Positions 1 to 13,661 are shown, numbered from the stretch's first letter. The stretch: 64,000 nt of DNA from the human T2T-CHM13v2.0 reference genome, Homo sapiens (GCF_009914755.1 NC_060946.1), one strand, 5' to 3'. Notes: generated from the letters alone by a model not told the origin. Program-made: numbers and translations.

Positions 1-1649
1 CATTTAATACCCCGTGCAGCAATGCAGGTGGATGGGATTCTACCCATTTATCACAGGTGGAGACTGAGGCCAAAAGAGGTCAAGTGATTTTCCCAAGGTC
101 ATCAGACCAGATAGAGGCAGAGCGAGGGGGAGAGCCTGTGTGTTCTCTGCTCTCACAAGATGCCTGGAAAAGGACCAGTCTGGTGAGTGAGGTGGCCGGG
201 GTGGTGCCACAGAGACCTGGGGGAAAGGGTTCCATGAGATTGACACCAGCAGCGCTGGTGTCACTGTGAGCAAGTAAAGAGGCAGAGTTAAGCCATGGAT
301 GGGGACAAACTGTCACTGCTGTGCCTGGATGGAGACTCAGAGCCAAGATGCAGGATGGCTCTGAGCCTCAGCCCACAGCAGGTGGCTGGACCATGGGCCA
401 AGATATTCCTGGGGCTGGAGCAAGGGAGCCTCAGGACATGTTTCCACAAGGCAGCAAGCTCTGGCTGGTTCCTGCCAATTTAATTTTCTTGTCCCAATCA
501 ATAAATAACTCCGTACTCTCTTGCCTTGTCCCAGCACAACTGTTTCATTTGATCCTCATCTAATCCTTGCAAGAAGCCATTAGAATCCATCCCATTTTGC
601 AGGAATGGAAAACAAGGCTTGGGGAAGTGACCTGGTTCTCCTAGGGCTACCCAGTCAGTGAGGAACAGGGAGAGGCTGGAATAACACTGGAGTGGAAAGT
701 AACCCGTATTGAATGTCAAGGAGACCTAGATTCTAGCTCTGGCCCTGCCGCTTTTTGTGGTCCTGGCTAAACCCCTTCCCCTTTCTTGGCCTCAGTTTAC
801 TCATCTGTAAAAATGTGCTATTAGTTTCTATTGGCCCCAGTTATTCTAGAGGTGCTGTTTCCCTCTATATGCTAAAAAGGGTGGCAGGGTGGGGGGACCA
901 AAGGCTTTGATGACTTTGAAGGTCCAAAGGAAGAGAATCCATGGGCATATGAGGGTGGGGTGGGAGGAGGCTGGCACTGGTTATCTTGTTTGGCCCACCC
1001 CATGTTACTGTCTCCTCTGTGGTGGTTGGTTAAAAATAAGGCACTGACTTACTTTTCAATATGGTGTAGACAGTGGTGAGATTTGCCAAGTGCAGTCAAT
1101 CCCCCTTCCAAGGCTATGTCCTGCCTTCCCCCAGAAGGTCAGGAGAAGCTACTCGGCCTTGGGCCCCAGAGCCATGATGCTGAGCACCAGCTGAACCTCG
1201 TAATCACCCGGGCAGTCACAACCCAGGCAGACTCAATCAGAGTCTCTGGGAATAAGGCCAAGGAGTTAAGGTTTTTAAAAGTGCCCCAGGAGATTCCAGA
1301 GAGCCCTAGAGAGAAAAGGAAGGGCATCTAATATGCCGCAGTTCAAGGCACTGGCTTTGGAGTCAGAGAGAACTGGCTTTACATTTCACCTTTGTAGCTG
1401 GGTCACCTTACATCTTTACATCTAGTTCTTTGCTTGTAGAATGGGGAGAAGTTCAGAATCTACTCCAGTTGTTCCTTCGGAGGATTAAATAGGAGATTGC
1501 ATGATGGTGATATAGGGCTCATTGCAAGGAAGATATAAATGATAGATACTATTATTATTGTGATTATTACAAAGATGAAAACAGAGACTTTGCTGTGGCA
1601 TTGGTCACCTAAAACAGGAGAGAGACACAAAAGCCAGAATGGAACGCAG

Positions 1650-2335
1650 AAGGTGGCCACGCTGTGACTGGTGTACTAGCATAGTGCTCTGGAACTTTGT
1701 GCAAGCTTGGAACAATTTCTGATTGAGGTCTTCAGGCAAAGATTTGTAGAGAGGAGATAGAAGAGATATTTGAGCTGGGTATAGAAGATGAGTAGACCAT
1801 GGACAAGTGAAGAGGGGAAAGGGCACGCCAGGCAGCAAGCTCAGCATGGGCAACAGCCTGGAAGCAGGGACTGGTCAGGTAGGAGAAGGTGACCAGTACA
1901 GTTCATGCATGGGAACAAGTAGGGACAATATGGTCAGATTGGAGGCTGGGGTTCCTTGTTGAGGAATTTGAAAGACCAATGGTGGTGCCAAATGATTTTC
2001 CTTTAGGCTGTGGGCAGCTACCCAAATCTTTTGATCTGGTATAAAATGGCTGGCAGCAAATTGAAGGGACAGCAGTTCACGGGCTGTGGCAATGGCCCAA
2101 GTGAGGGATAGCGGACATGAGTTTGGAAAAAGAGACATAGATGTGAAGCTTGGCAGGGTGGAATCAACATGCCCCTGGGACTGGTTTGAATGCAAGAGGA
2201 GGGGGAGAATCCCAGATTCCCAGGCATGGGTGTCTGTGAGGCTGTGCTGGCATTGTCCAAGATGGAAGAACCCAGGCTAGGGCTGGTGGTGAAGCGAGAC
2301 ATCAGGGTAGAACTTGCTTATGAGGTTGAGGTCTT
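1650..2335. mobile_element. Old LINE-2 fragments
   Basis: Degenerate L2-type purine-rich motifs (gatatttgagctggg...gagtagaccatggacaag; gattcccaggc). Boundaries approximate. Confidence 0.55.
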
Positions 2336-2879
2336 TTTCTGCAGAGATGGAGGCACAGCTGGACCTGTGAGCTCTTCAGGCCATAGCCAGGCTGGTTTGA
2401 GGATGAAGCTCTGCACAAGGCTAAAATCACAAGGCAGTAACAAGGCCTGGGAAGGGAGCAGGCAGTGGAAACCCCTTGGGTGTTATGCAGTCACAAATGT
2501 CTGGGTCAGGCAAGAGTGGGGGACCCCAGGGGCAGAAACCAGGGCCCTCAGCTGGTATGGGAAGTGTGATATGGGGATCAGGGCAGTGGAAGTAGCAGCA
2601 GCTCGGTTTATTCTTCTCTCTCTGATCTCCAAAGTGCATTTCTACATCTCATCCTATAAAAGATCTGGATGGTCAGGTGGTATCTGCCTGTACTGGGGAA
2701 ACCCGAAGCCCAGAGAGAAGAGATGGTAGCCCAGATAGACATAGAAGGAAGCCTAGCTGGAGAGTGTTAGAGCCAAGGTGAGAACAGGTCCTCTAGTGAC
2801 AGGCCCTGAGTCCTTTCCTGGATCCCCTACTCGCCTAGGAAAAATCCAGGCAGAAATAACAACAGTAGTAGCAGCAGCT

Positions 2880-3100
2880 ACTGTTGTTGAGGACACACTA
2901 TGCGCTGGGCTCAGTTTCTACATATTGTCACACATTCTCACACCTACCCTGCAAGGTAGGCTTTTATCATTCTCATTTTATTGATTAAAAAACAGACTCA
3001 GAGAGGAGAAGTCATTTAGCTAAGGTCACACAGCTATAGAGTGTCAGAGTCAGGAGTTGAACTTGGTTCTGTTGGGCTCCAAAGTCCACTCCTTCCACTC
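2880..3100. mobile_element. MIR SINE
   Basis: Core cattttatt...aaacagactcagagaggagaagtcatttagctaaggtcacacagcta. Many more MIRs occur across the window and are not listed individually. Confidence 0.7.
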
Positions 3101-3299
3101 CATCACTCAACTTTGAGGGGCTAGGCCAAGGTCAAGGGTGCTAGGCTTGGCCATGCCTGTTGGATTTGGAGGTGCTCGAGCATCTGTGGAAGGATGAATG
3201 GAGAAGTGAACAATGAAATGAATGAACGAACACGAGTGAATGACAAAGCTGTCAGGTCAGCAAGCAGCTATGTAGGCATGGTTGTGTTCTTTCTCCCAG

Positions 3300-4613
3300 A
3301 TCCCAGAAATTTCCATCAGCCAACCCAACAGCAAGTCCAGCAGTGGCACCAGATCTGGAAGCCAGCAGATCTCTCAGGACGACCAGTCAAGCTCTCCTGG
3401 GAGCTCAGACATTCTGGGCAAGGAGAGCGAGGGGTCCCGCAGCCCCGACCCTGAGCAGATGACAAGCATCAATGGTGAGAAGGCCCAGGAGCTGGGCTCC
3501 AGTGCGACACCAACCAAAAAGACTGTCCCCTTCAAGAGGGGCGTGAGGAGGGGTGATGTGTTGTTGATGGTGGCCAAGCTGGACCCGGACTCAGCCAAGC
3601 CAGAGAAGACTCATCCCCATGACGCCCCCCCTTGCAAGACCTCTCCCCCCGCCACAGATACTGGAAAGGAAAAGAAAGGGGAGACCTCTAGGACTCCTTG
3701 TGGCTCCCAGGCCAGCACCGAGATCTTGGCCCCGAAAGCTGAGAAGACCCGGACTGGGGGTCTTGGGGACCCAGGCCAAGGAACTGTGGCACTGAAAAAA
3801 GGCGAGGAGGGTCAAAGCATAGTGGGGAAGGGGCTTGGGACCCCCAAGACCACAGAGCTGAAAGAGGCTGAGCCCCAGGGCAAAGACAGGCAGGGGACCA
3901 GGCCCCAAGCCCAAGGGCCCGGCGAGGGGGTGCGACCAGGGAAAGCAGAGAAGGAGGGAGCAGAGCCCACAAACACGGTGGAAAAGGGGAATGTCTCTAA
4001 GGACGTAGGGAGTGAAGGGAAGCACGTAAGGCCCCAAATCCCTGGGAGAAAGTGGGGAGGTTTCCTGGGAAGAAGGAGTAAGTGGGACGGTCCCCAGAAT
4101 AAGAAGGACAAAGAAGGGGTGCTCTTAAGTAAGGCAGAGAAGACAGGTGAGCCTCAGACCCAGATGGAGAAGACAAGCCAAGTGCAGGGCGAGTTGGGGG
4201 ACGATCTGAGAATGGGGGAGAAAGCAGGTGAGCTTCGGAGCACGACTGGGAAGGCAGGTGAGTCCTGGGATAAGAAGGAAAAGATGGGGCAACCCCAGGG
4301 TAAGTCCGGGAACGCAGGTGAAGCTCGGAGTCAGACAGAGAAGGGCTGTGAAGCCCCAAAGGAGGTGAGCACAATGGTGGAGTCGCCAGCAGCTCCTGGG
4401 AAGGGAGGCTGGCCAGGAAGCCGTGGGCAGGAAGCAGAGGAGCCCTGCTCAAGAGCAGGTGATGGGGCTGGTGCCCTGGAGACAGAGCTGGAAGGACCCA
4501 GCCAGCCTGCTCTGGAGAAGGATGCAGAAAGGCCTCGGATACGGAAGGAGAACCAAGACGGGCCAGCCCCGCAGGAGGAGGGCAAAGGAGGCCAGAGCAG
4601 AGACTCAGACCAG
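3300..4613 (+). CDS. MYO18B: MYO18B coding exon (probably exon 4), 1314 nt, phase 0-0; low-complexity N-terminal extension
   Basis: Acceptor ttctttctcccag|ATC, donor GACCAG|gtgagg. Translation IPEISISQPNSKSSSG...GGQSRDSDQ matches the MYO18B N-terminus as I recall it; lies within ORF 3282..4805. Confidence 0.97.
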
Positions 4614-4949
4614 GTGAGGGGGCTGCGGCCCTGGGAGCGGGAAGCGGCAGACAGGCCTCTCCAGAGATGCAGGGATGGGAAAGATCTGCCCCAGGGATGG
4701 ACAAGGGGTGGACGGGGGGTGGGCAGGGAATTGGAGAGGGGTGGCTGGAACTGCAAGGCACCCAGAGGAGGGGACGAGCACTTCCTCCATGAGCAGAAGT
4801 CTTGAAGTTTCCATTGCACCTGCCCTGGGGTGGGAATTCCCCACAGAGTGAGGGAAGGTCCCCAAAGTGTGAGGTGTCTCCTCACGGCTGACATGGTAGA
4901 GCTTGCTTATGATGTCACACGACAGCTTTCAAACGGGATGGCATAACGA

Positions 4950-5230
4950 GTAGATTGTTAAAAATGCAGATTCCTGGGGCCAGCCATGGAGTCTCTCATT
5001 TCAAAGGCCAGGAGTGGGGCCCAGGAATCTGCATTTATGTAGTATTTTTTTTTTTTTTGAGACGGAGTCTTGCTCTGTCACCCAGGCTAGATGGTGCAGT
5101 GGTGTGATCTCGGCTCCACCTCCCGGGTCCGCAACGGGAATCTGCATTTAAATAAGCACACTCCCTCTCCTGTTCTCCCCCAGGAGATTCTGGTTTAGAT
5201 GGCTCCAGAGCACACTGTGAGAAACCCCAG
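4950..5230. mobile_element. MER5-type hAT-Charlie MITE interrupted by an Alu fragment
   Basis: ttgttaaaaatgcagattcctggg...ggggcccaggaatctgcattt...caggagattctg. Confidence 0.7.
5038..5136 (-). mobile_element. Severely 5'-truncated Alu with 14-bp TSD
   Basis: poly-T plus gagacggagtcttgctctgtcacccaggct; direct repeat ggaatctgcattta at 5024-5037 and 5137-5150. Confidence 0.85.
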
Positions 5231-5294
5231 TGTAAGGTAGAAGATGGGCAGCGGTGCCATTTGCTGGTTTAATTTACGTGATGTTGGTTCTCAG

Positions 5295-5361
5295 GCTCCT
5301 GAGGACAGATGGTATGAGGCAGAGAAAGTCTGGCTGGCTCAGAAGGATGGATTTACTCTTG
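5295..5361 (+). CDS. MYO18B: MYO18B exon (probably 5), 67 nt, phase 0-1; start of SH3-like subdomain
   Basis: ttctcag|GCT CCT GAG...CTT G|gtaagt; translates APEDRWYEAEKVWLAQKDGFTL. Confidence 0.96.
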
Positions 5362-5599
5362 GTAAGTAGGGGTGTTAGCACCTTTGGAGGGTCTGAGTCT
5401 TCTCCTGTGCCCCCTACTGCTGCCAGCCATATGTTCCAGGTCCTGATTATACTTTGGTGGTCAGGAGGGAAGAGGAGCAGTGGAGACTGTCTTTCAAAGG
5501 CATTTGTGTCTTGATAATGAGTTATTTACCTACTGTAACTCACTAATGCAACAAGCATGCTTTCTTCCTACGGCGTTCTTCGAGGAAGCCAGAGTCTGG

Positions 5600-5775
5600 T
5601 ACAAGTGGGCCAATAGATTTGATCTCATGAGCCTACTTTTGTCGATTGGTTGTGGCTGATCACTGCACTCTACTGAGAAGTGATGCTGAGTCTCAGTCTG
5701 AACATGGCTGGGAAGAGTGGTTGATTAGTGATGTCTGCCATGGGCACTGGAGGGGGAAATGGCAGTCTGTGTGTG
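5600..5775. mobile_element. MER102-like hAT element; a related fragment in the opposite orientation lies near 12320-12510
   Basis: gattagtgatgtctgccatgggcac motif here and its reverse (atagcagacatcactaatcg) near 12385. Confidence 0.55.
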
Positions 5776-6056
5776 AGATAGGCCAGTGTACCCAACTGTC
5801 TGGGTGCCTGCTCTGTGCCTGGCACTGTGACAGCTGGTAAAAGCCTAAGGTGAGTCAGACTTAGCCTGACCTTAAAGGATTTGGGGTCACAACTCAGCTC
5901 CAAGTGAATAGACCCCAAATGGAGACCTGTCCCAAGCCTTCTCCCAAGCTTGCTGGCCCGGCTTAGAGCCTCTCTTATCTCCTGCCCTCGCCTCTTTCCC
6001 CTCTTCCCCTCCCATCTCCTCCCCGTTCCCCTTCTCTCTCTGGGATGTCCAACCAG

Positions 6057-6169
6057 CTACGGTGCTAAAGCCAGATGAGGGAACAGCAGACCTGCCAGCA
6101 GGAAGGGTGAGACTTTGCATTGATGCTGACAAAACCATCACTGAGGTGGATGAGGAGCATGTCCATCGG
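6057..6169 (+). CDS. MYO18B: MYO18B exon (probably 6), 113 nt, phase 1-0
   Basis: Long pyrimidine tract then aaccag|CT ACG...CAT CGG|gtgagt; (A)TVLKPDEGTADLPAGRVRLCIDADKTITEVDEEHVHR. Confidence 0.96.
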
Positions 6170-7518
6170 GTGAGTCCCCTGTCCCGCCGTCCCCCAGCAT
6201 GAGTCCCCTGTCCCACTTCACCCCAGCTCCATACCCTCCTTCCCCAGTCCTGCAAGAGATTTCCTTGTTCCTGACTACCAATACCATTTTGGCTTGATGC
6301 CCCGGAGGGAGTTATAGTGAAGAACCCCACTAAACTCATTGCTCTACTGGAGGGGTACTATTAGGGGGTCATTCACCCTTTCCTGTGGTTTCCCTTAATG
6401 AGGACACATCAAAGAACATGTTTGTCAGGTCTTGGCCCTGGGAGTTCTTCTGATGGACCCAAGAAAATGACTGCTTTTAATTTATAGATATTGGATATTG
6501 CAAATCATACTACACAGCATGTTTCTGTTTTCACTCTGGCCGCCAGGGAACTCAGAGCCAAATTTGCTGCTTGCCATTAACCATAGCATAGGTTCTAATG
6601 GCCTATATTTTGGCATCAAACTTTCTTTCAGCTTTGCTCTTTAAATTGCTTTGAATACATTTTTGTTGTGCACCATAAATCCTTTTGAGGACAAGTCCCA
6701 GTGTAGTGATAGAAAAGAAAGGTTCTGTCATGCCCTTTCCCCCCGCCCCTCACAGCCTGCTATCTTAGGAGTTTTCCTCCTTGCTCATCTGCATTCCTTT
6801 CTGCTCCTCCTCTGCCCACCTCAGGCTTTCTCTCCCGCGTTGGGCATTTACAGAGGCTCAGTGGCCTTGCAAGAAAGGCTGATCCATGAGAGGGCTCAAG
6901 CTTGGCCCAAACCTGAGACTACTAGGTTCAGAAAACTCACTGAAGCTGGAGAGAATAATAGGACGCCTCTTAGAACAGATGTTTTAAGAAGCAGCTTCAC
7001 ATAACCCTTGCTTCTAAGGGTTTGGGTGGTTTCCTAGGAATCAATGCATGATGGGCTATGAGACCAGTGAGGTGGTTTGGCCATTAGCCTCCACTCCTGG
7101 GTATCATGGAGCATATTGAGAGCTTCCTCGTAAGACCCAGAAGAGGAGGAAATGGCAGCGGATGCTCGCACACACTGGAGCATCACCTGTCTTTTTGTGG
7201 TGTTTGAGATCCAGAAAGTGTTTTGAATTTTGTCAAGTCTGCCTTGGGAGCGTCTCCCCTCATGGTGCATGGAGTGCAGGACCACAGCGAAGAGGGGGTG
7301 CCTCATAGGTTGCACAGAGGGCAAGGAGAAGGGATGGCCCTATTTTATTTGTAGGGCTTCATTGCTTTCCATCCAGAGTCCCTGTGCTCTGTTCTGGTCT
7401 TTGGCACATAGCTCTCAAGAGGAGGGCTTAGTGTGTGTTTGGTTGCGGGGGGGTGGGGTGGGGGCAGGGGGCCAGAAGGCCAGAAGGCCAGAGGAGACTC
7501 TGTGTGATGGTTTCACAG

Positions 7519-7695
7519 GCCAACCCTCCTGAGCTGGACCAGGTCGAGGACCTGGCCTCTCTCATCAGTGTCAACGAATCCAGTGTCCTGAACACGCTTC
7601 TGCAGCGCTACAAAGCTCAGCTGCTGCACACCTGCACAGGGCCTGATCTGATTGTCCTCCAGCCCCGGGGGCCCTCGGTGCCTTCTGCAGGGAAG
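7519..7695 (+). CDS. MYO18B: MYO18B exon (probably 7), 177 nt, phase 0-0; start of motor domain
   Basis: tttcacag|GCC...AAG|gtgagg; ANPPELDQVEDLASLISVNESSVLNTLLQRY matches the myosin NPP...EDL...LNE.SVL..L..RY motif. Confidence 0.97.
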
Positions 7696-8305
7696 GTGAG
7701 GTGGGACCATTGTGGGCAGGGCTGAGGGGCTGAGGGCAGGGGGGCCTGGGGGGATCCCTCTGCATCTGAGGTGACAGTAGAACCATCAGAGCCCCCAGTC
7801 GACCTGTCTGCAAGCAGCATCCTTCTCGCGGCATTGTGGCATCCTGTGGCATGGACCATGAGATTCCCCCATTCCCTGGAGGGAAAGATCAGTCACCATT
7901 AGGACAGAAACAGCAGCATTAAATATCACAAGAGTAACGAAAGAAAATACTGAATGAGTGTGAACTCTACCAGACACTGCTGTATGCACCTTCTTGTATT
8001 AACTCAGTTGAGTCTCACATATCCACCTGAAAACACAGGTACTGTGATTAGCCCATTTTACAGATGAGAAGAGCCGGCTGGGCCAGGCACAGGCTAAACT
8101 CTCAGGTCTAGCGAGCAGAGTTGCTGGGAGAAAACCCAGGGTACAGGGCTCCTGTGTGCTCTTCATCCCATGCTGAACTCTCAGGAGTCCTGAGCACCCA
8201 CATCAACGGGGAAACAGAAGCTTCAGTTGTACTTTAGTTTTTTTCCTCGGAAGTGTAGAAACGGCCAATTTTTGTTGAGATGGGCAAGAGCAAAGGAAAT
8301 CTCTA

Positions 8306-8322
8306 AGCGCCACCTTGTGGAC
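8306..8322 (-). promoter_or_regulatory. Candidate CTCF site
   Basis: Minus strand reads GTCCACAAGGTGGCGCT, a close match to the CCASYAGRKGGCRS core, with nearby CpGs. Confidence 0.55.
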
Positions 8323-8517
8323 GCACGAGGCACCTCAGCCGAGTCATTGAAGCGTGGGCCCCTTCATTCCTTCAACCCATAGTGATTGAGCTATTGATTG
8401 AGGGTCTCCTACCGGGCCACGCACAAAGAACATCAGGGAAGGTGCCAGGCGAGCAACCCTCCCCTTGTGGAGTTGCTGTTCTAGGAAGAAAAGACAGTCC
8501 ATCAACAATAAAGATAA

Positions 8518-8947
<430 letters not shown>

Positions 8948-11084
8948 GATTTGTATCTATTTTTTATGAACTGGGCAGCCTCCTGAGCCAGAGTAGGCTT
9001 AGAGAGAGTCCCTACTGGGGTTTTTAGCAGAGCAATGACATGCTGTGACTTAGGTTGTAAAAGGATGCCTTTGGCTGCTGGGTGGAGGACAGATGGGAAG
9101 AGGCTCAGTGGAGGCAGGGAGGCCTGTCGGAGGTGAGACATCTTACCTGTGTGCTCTTCTGGAGACTCACTGGGAAGTCAGAAGCCCCTAGGACACCTGG
9201 TGTCTAGGAAAGATCATGATACCTCTTCTGGTTTCCATGTTCTCCTCTGCCAACTGGGGGTGAAAACACATCTTGCCCTTTGGGGCCCTGTGGGACAAAT
9301 CCATCCCTAGTCCCTGAGGCAATGCTAAATCCATTAAAGGGGATATAGTGGGCCTGTACCCCTCTCTCCAAGATTTTTCTCCTCCAGAGTGACCCACACC
9401 ACACCTTCAGTCACTCCCAGGGGCTCTCCCACCACCGCTGTCCATGGTCAAGGGCCTGGGAGGACCTCAGAAGCTCTGGGTGGGCCAGAGCTTGGCACGT
9501 GCCCTCTCCCGTCCTTGTGGTGAGTGCTTAGGCTTCTGTTGCTGCAGCCCAAGGCCTCTGAGCTGTCCACATTGCCGAGGGACTCCTCCGGCTCCCTGGA
9601 AATCCCTGGAAGGGACATTTTTATAGACCCAGATAGCAATCAGGTCCTCATTGGCCATCCTGGATTGAGGCATCAGAACTTAGGCAAAAGCGCCAAAAGA
9701 TGCAGGCATTGGTACGCACTCTGAAGGTAGATCCCCCTACTTCCCTTCCTAACCCTGGGGTGGGGTGCGGCACTGGTCCGCACCCTTCCCTCAAGTCTTC
9801 CAGCCTCCCACACTCAAACCCACAGCCACCTCCTGTCCTTAGGCCGGATCAACCTCTGATTCCCCAAATGGCCACCAGGTGGGAGCACAGGCCTGCGGTG
9901 AGGCTGAGACCACCTCGAGGATGGGCTGGGTGGGGTCTGGACACACCGGGGGACTCTCTCACTATGGGGCTAGCCCCACCAGGCAGCTGGGGTCTGGGTG
10001 TGTGCCTGGGGACATGCAGGTCTAGGTGAATAAGAGGGTGAGTTTGAGCATGGGTGCGACCCCGTGGGTAGAGGTGGATCCCATCTCTGTGTGCAGAGCC
10101 CGCCGCAACTGTTGCGTGCATGTGCCTACAAGCACACTTCTGTGCATGCGTGCAAGGGCACATGTACACAGATGCAAAGGCATGTGTGCATGCATGCATA
10201 TAGGAGGGCCTTCAGGAACCTGGATGTGCAGAATTCTTCCTTCTCCCCCTAGGCAGTGGGCCTGAGCGGGCTGATGGACAGGACTGCCCGTTCATTGAAC
10301 TTTAGTTTTCCCAGACTGGGGGATGGCTCTAGGACTGAGACCCCAGGACCCTCTGACTGCCTTAAGCCCTAAGGCTGTGTCCAGCCAGTGTGGGGGCATA
10401 TCCCTCCTTTGCCTGCATTAGGTTCCTGCTGAGCCCTACATCTGGCATCAGGATAGGGACTCATGACTGTTCCTCAGGGGCTTGGAGCAGGAAGAGCCAA
10501 CAGTGGATTGGAGACAGCCCCAGCCCCAAGCTAGACATCTAGGCTGAGGGGAGGGCCATCACACCAGGGTTTGTGCCCCTAGTTCGGCCAAAGGACTGCG
10601 CTAGGGAGGGCAGATGGGGCCTTGCCGGACCCAGTGGACACCCTCAGCATCTTGGGCTTCAGACATCCTCCTGCAGCAGGGCCCATTCCTCTTTTCCTTT
10701 TGGTGCCCTCCTGCTGACCTCACAGTAACCTCCTGCCCTCTTCCCTCGCTGCCAAATCCAATGTCAAGTCTCTGGTCTTTTACTGAACTCAGCAGCATTT
10801 CCCTCCCTCTTCCTGGAAACACACCCTTCCTCGGCTCTAAGACTCCGCTTTCCTGGTTTTCATTCCCGCCCACTGGCCGCCCAGTCAGTCTTCCTTGTGG
10901 TCTCCCTGACCTGTCCCTGTCAGGATGCTCTGTTCTCACACTCTTCCTTGGTGATCTCATCCAGGCTTGTGGCTTTCAAACGCCTCCCGTTCACTGTAAT
11001 TGAATTAATTTCTTTCATCGATCATCTCTGTCTTCCCACCAGAAGGCAAGCTCCACCAAGCAGGGACTTAAAAAAAAAAAAAAT

Positions 11085-12205
<1,121 letters not shown>

Positions 12206-12767
12206 TTTGTGTTATGCTGTGCCCGAGTGCCTGCTGCATAGTAGACACTCAATGGATTATTTTACTGAATGAAGTATGAATGAATGGATGAAGCAGATAC
12301 GGTTTTAGTTATCACCTAAATCTGTTATGGCAAATATATAGCACACATACCACTAACTCCCCCATGTGCCATTCCCTGTGTCCATAGCAGACATCACTAA
12401 TCGTAATGGATAATTATGCCATCGATCCAGCTGCCTCGCTTCAGGCAGATACCATTCGATGCTTTGAGTAACCAGTGAGATGAATCTCATGGATGAATGC
12501 AGCTCTCATTCAAGCCTCTAACTAAAGAGGAGAACTAGGTTCAGAAAACAGGCATGGGTTGTCCAAGGACTCACAGGGAGCCAGGGGCAGGACTAGACAT
12601 ACAGGCTTGGCTCCTCCTAGTCGAGTAGGAAGGGAGTCAGGGATCTGGAGGCAGATCTGGAGGCAGGGACACAGATCTGGACCCTAGGCCTGGGGCGGGG
12701 CGCTGTCTTAGAATGCTCCCTAGGCAGTGGCTGGATGGGATGGCTGATACCTGTGATCTTCCTGCAG

Positions 12768-12966
12768 GTGCCCAAGGGCCGCCGGGATGGCCTGCCTGCC
12801 CACATTGGCTCCATGGCACAGCGGGCATACTGGGCGCTGCTGAACCAGCGGAGAGACCAGAGCATTGTGGCCCTGGGCCGGAGTGGCGCTGGGAAGACCA
12901 CCTGCTGTGAGCAGGTCCTGGAACACCTGGTGGGGATGGCAGGCAGTGTGGATGGCAGGGTCTCAG
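12768..12966 (+). CDS. MYO18B: MYO18B exon (probably 8), 199 nt, phase 0-1; contains the P-loop
   Basis: cttcctgcag|GTG...TCA G|gtatgg; VPKGRRDGLPAHIGSMAQRAYWALLNQRRDQSIVALGRSGAGKTT. Confidence 0.97.
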
Positions 12967-13661
12967 GTATGGTGGTCTCTAGGTGACATGGAGAGTTGGG
13001 GTCAGCACGGGGAGAGTTGGAAGGGGATGCTGAGCTGCTTTCTTATATTCATTCAGCTAGCATTCACTGAGCACCAGATATGTGCAGACCCCATGCTTGC
13101 TACTGGGCAGGGCTATCCCTAGGTCATTGGGATGCATTTGTTGAAATTAGAATAAGGTACTCCTTCCTCAAGACATTGACGGCCGTTTGCAGAACAATCA
13201 TCATACATGGACATTGTTAGAACCGGATACTTGACTGCCATCTGCTGGGAAATCGTCCTAATAGACGTACACAAATCTAGGAGAGTGTGATGTGAATGAT
13301 GCACCCCTGGGATGTGGTGTCTTTGGGCAGTGCACAACTTGCGGAACTGAACAGAGGACTCGAAGAGTGAAGCTTCAAGGGCAGATTCTACACTCATGAG
13401 AAGCTAATAGCCAGAGAGGAAATTGAACTGTACCTACGTTCAAAACTTGAATGTTCTTCAAAAAGTGCTGGCAGGGCAGGCTAGGGAAGAAACTCAGGGA
13501 GCGCAGAGGAGGGCTGCAGGAGGGCTTTTTTTAGGATGTGATATTTGATCTGGGCCTTAAAAAAGAGTACCAATTAATAATAACAACTACAATATTAATA
13601 ACCATCAGAGTAAACGCTTGCTGAAGCCTAATGTACCAGGCCCTATTCTAAGGATACTAAC

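Noticed and set aside
4614-4805. ORF 3282..4805 continuing past the exon as a single-exon 507-aa gene
   Set aside because: It has a non-ATG start inside the acceptor tract. The canonical donor at 4613 joins in frame to 5295, and I saw no clear AATAAA shortly after the stop.
3591-4894. Long antisense ORFs overlapping exon 4
   Set aside because: These are shadow ORFs of a GC/purine-skewed coding exon with no recognisable protein features.
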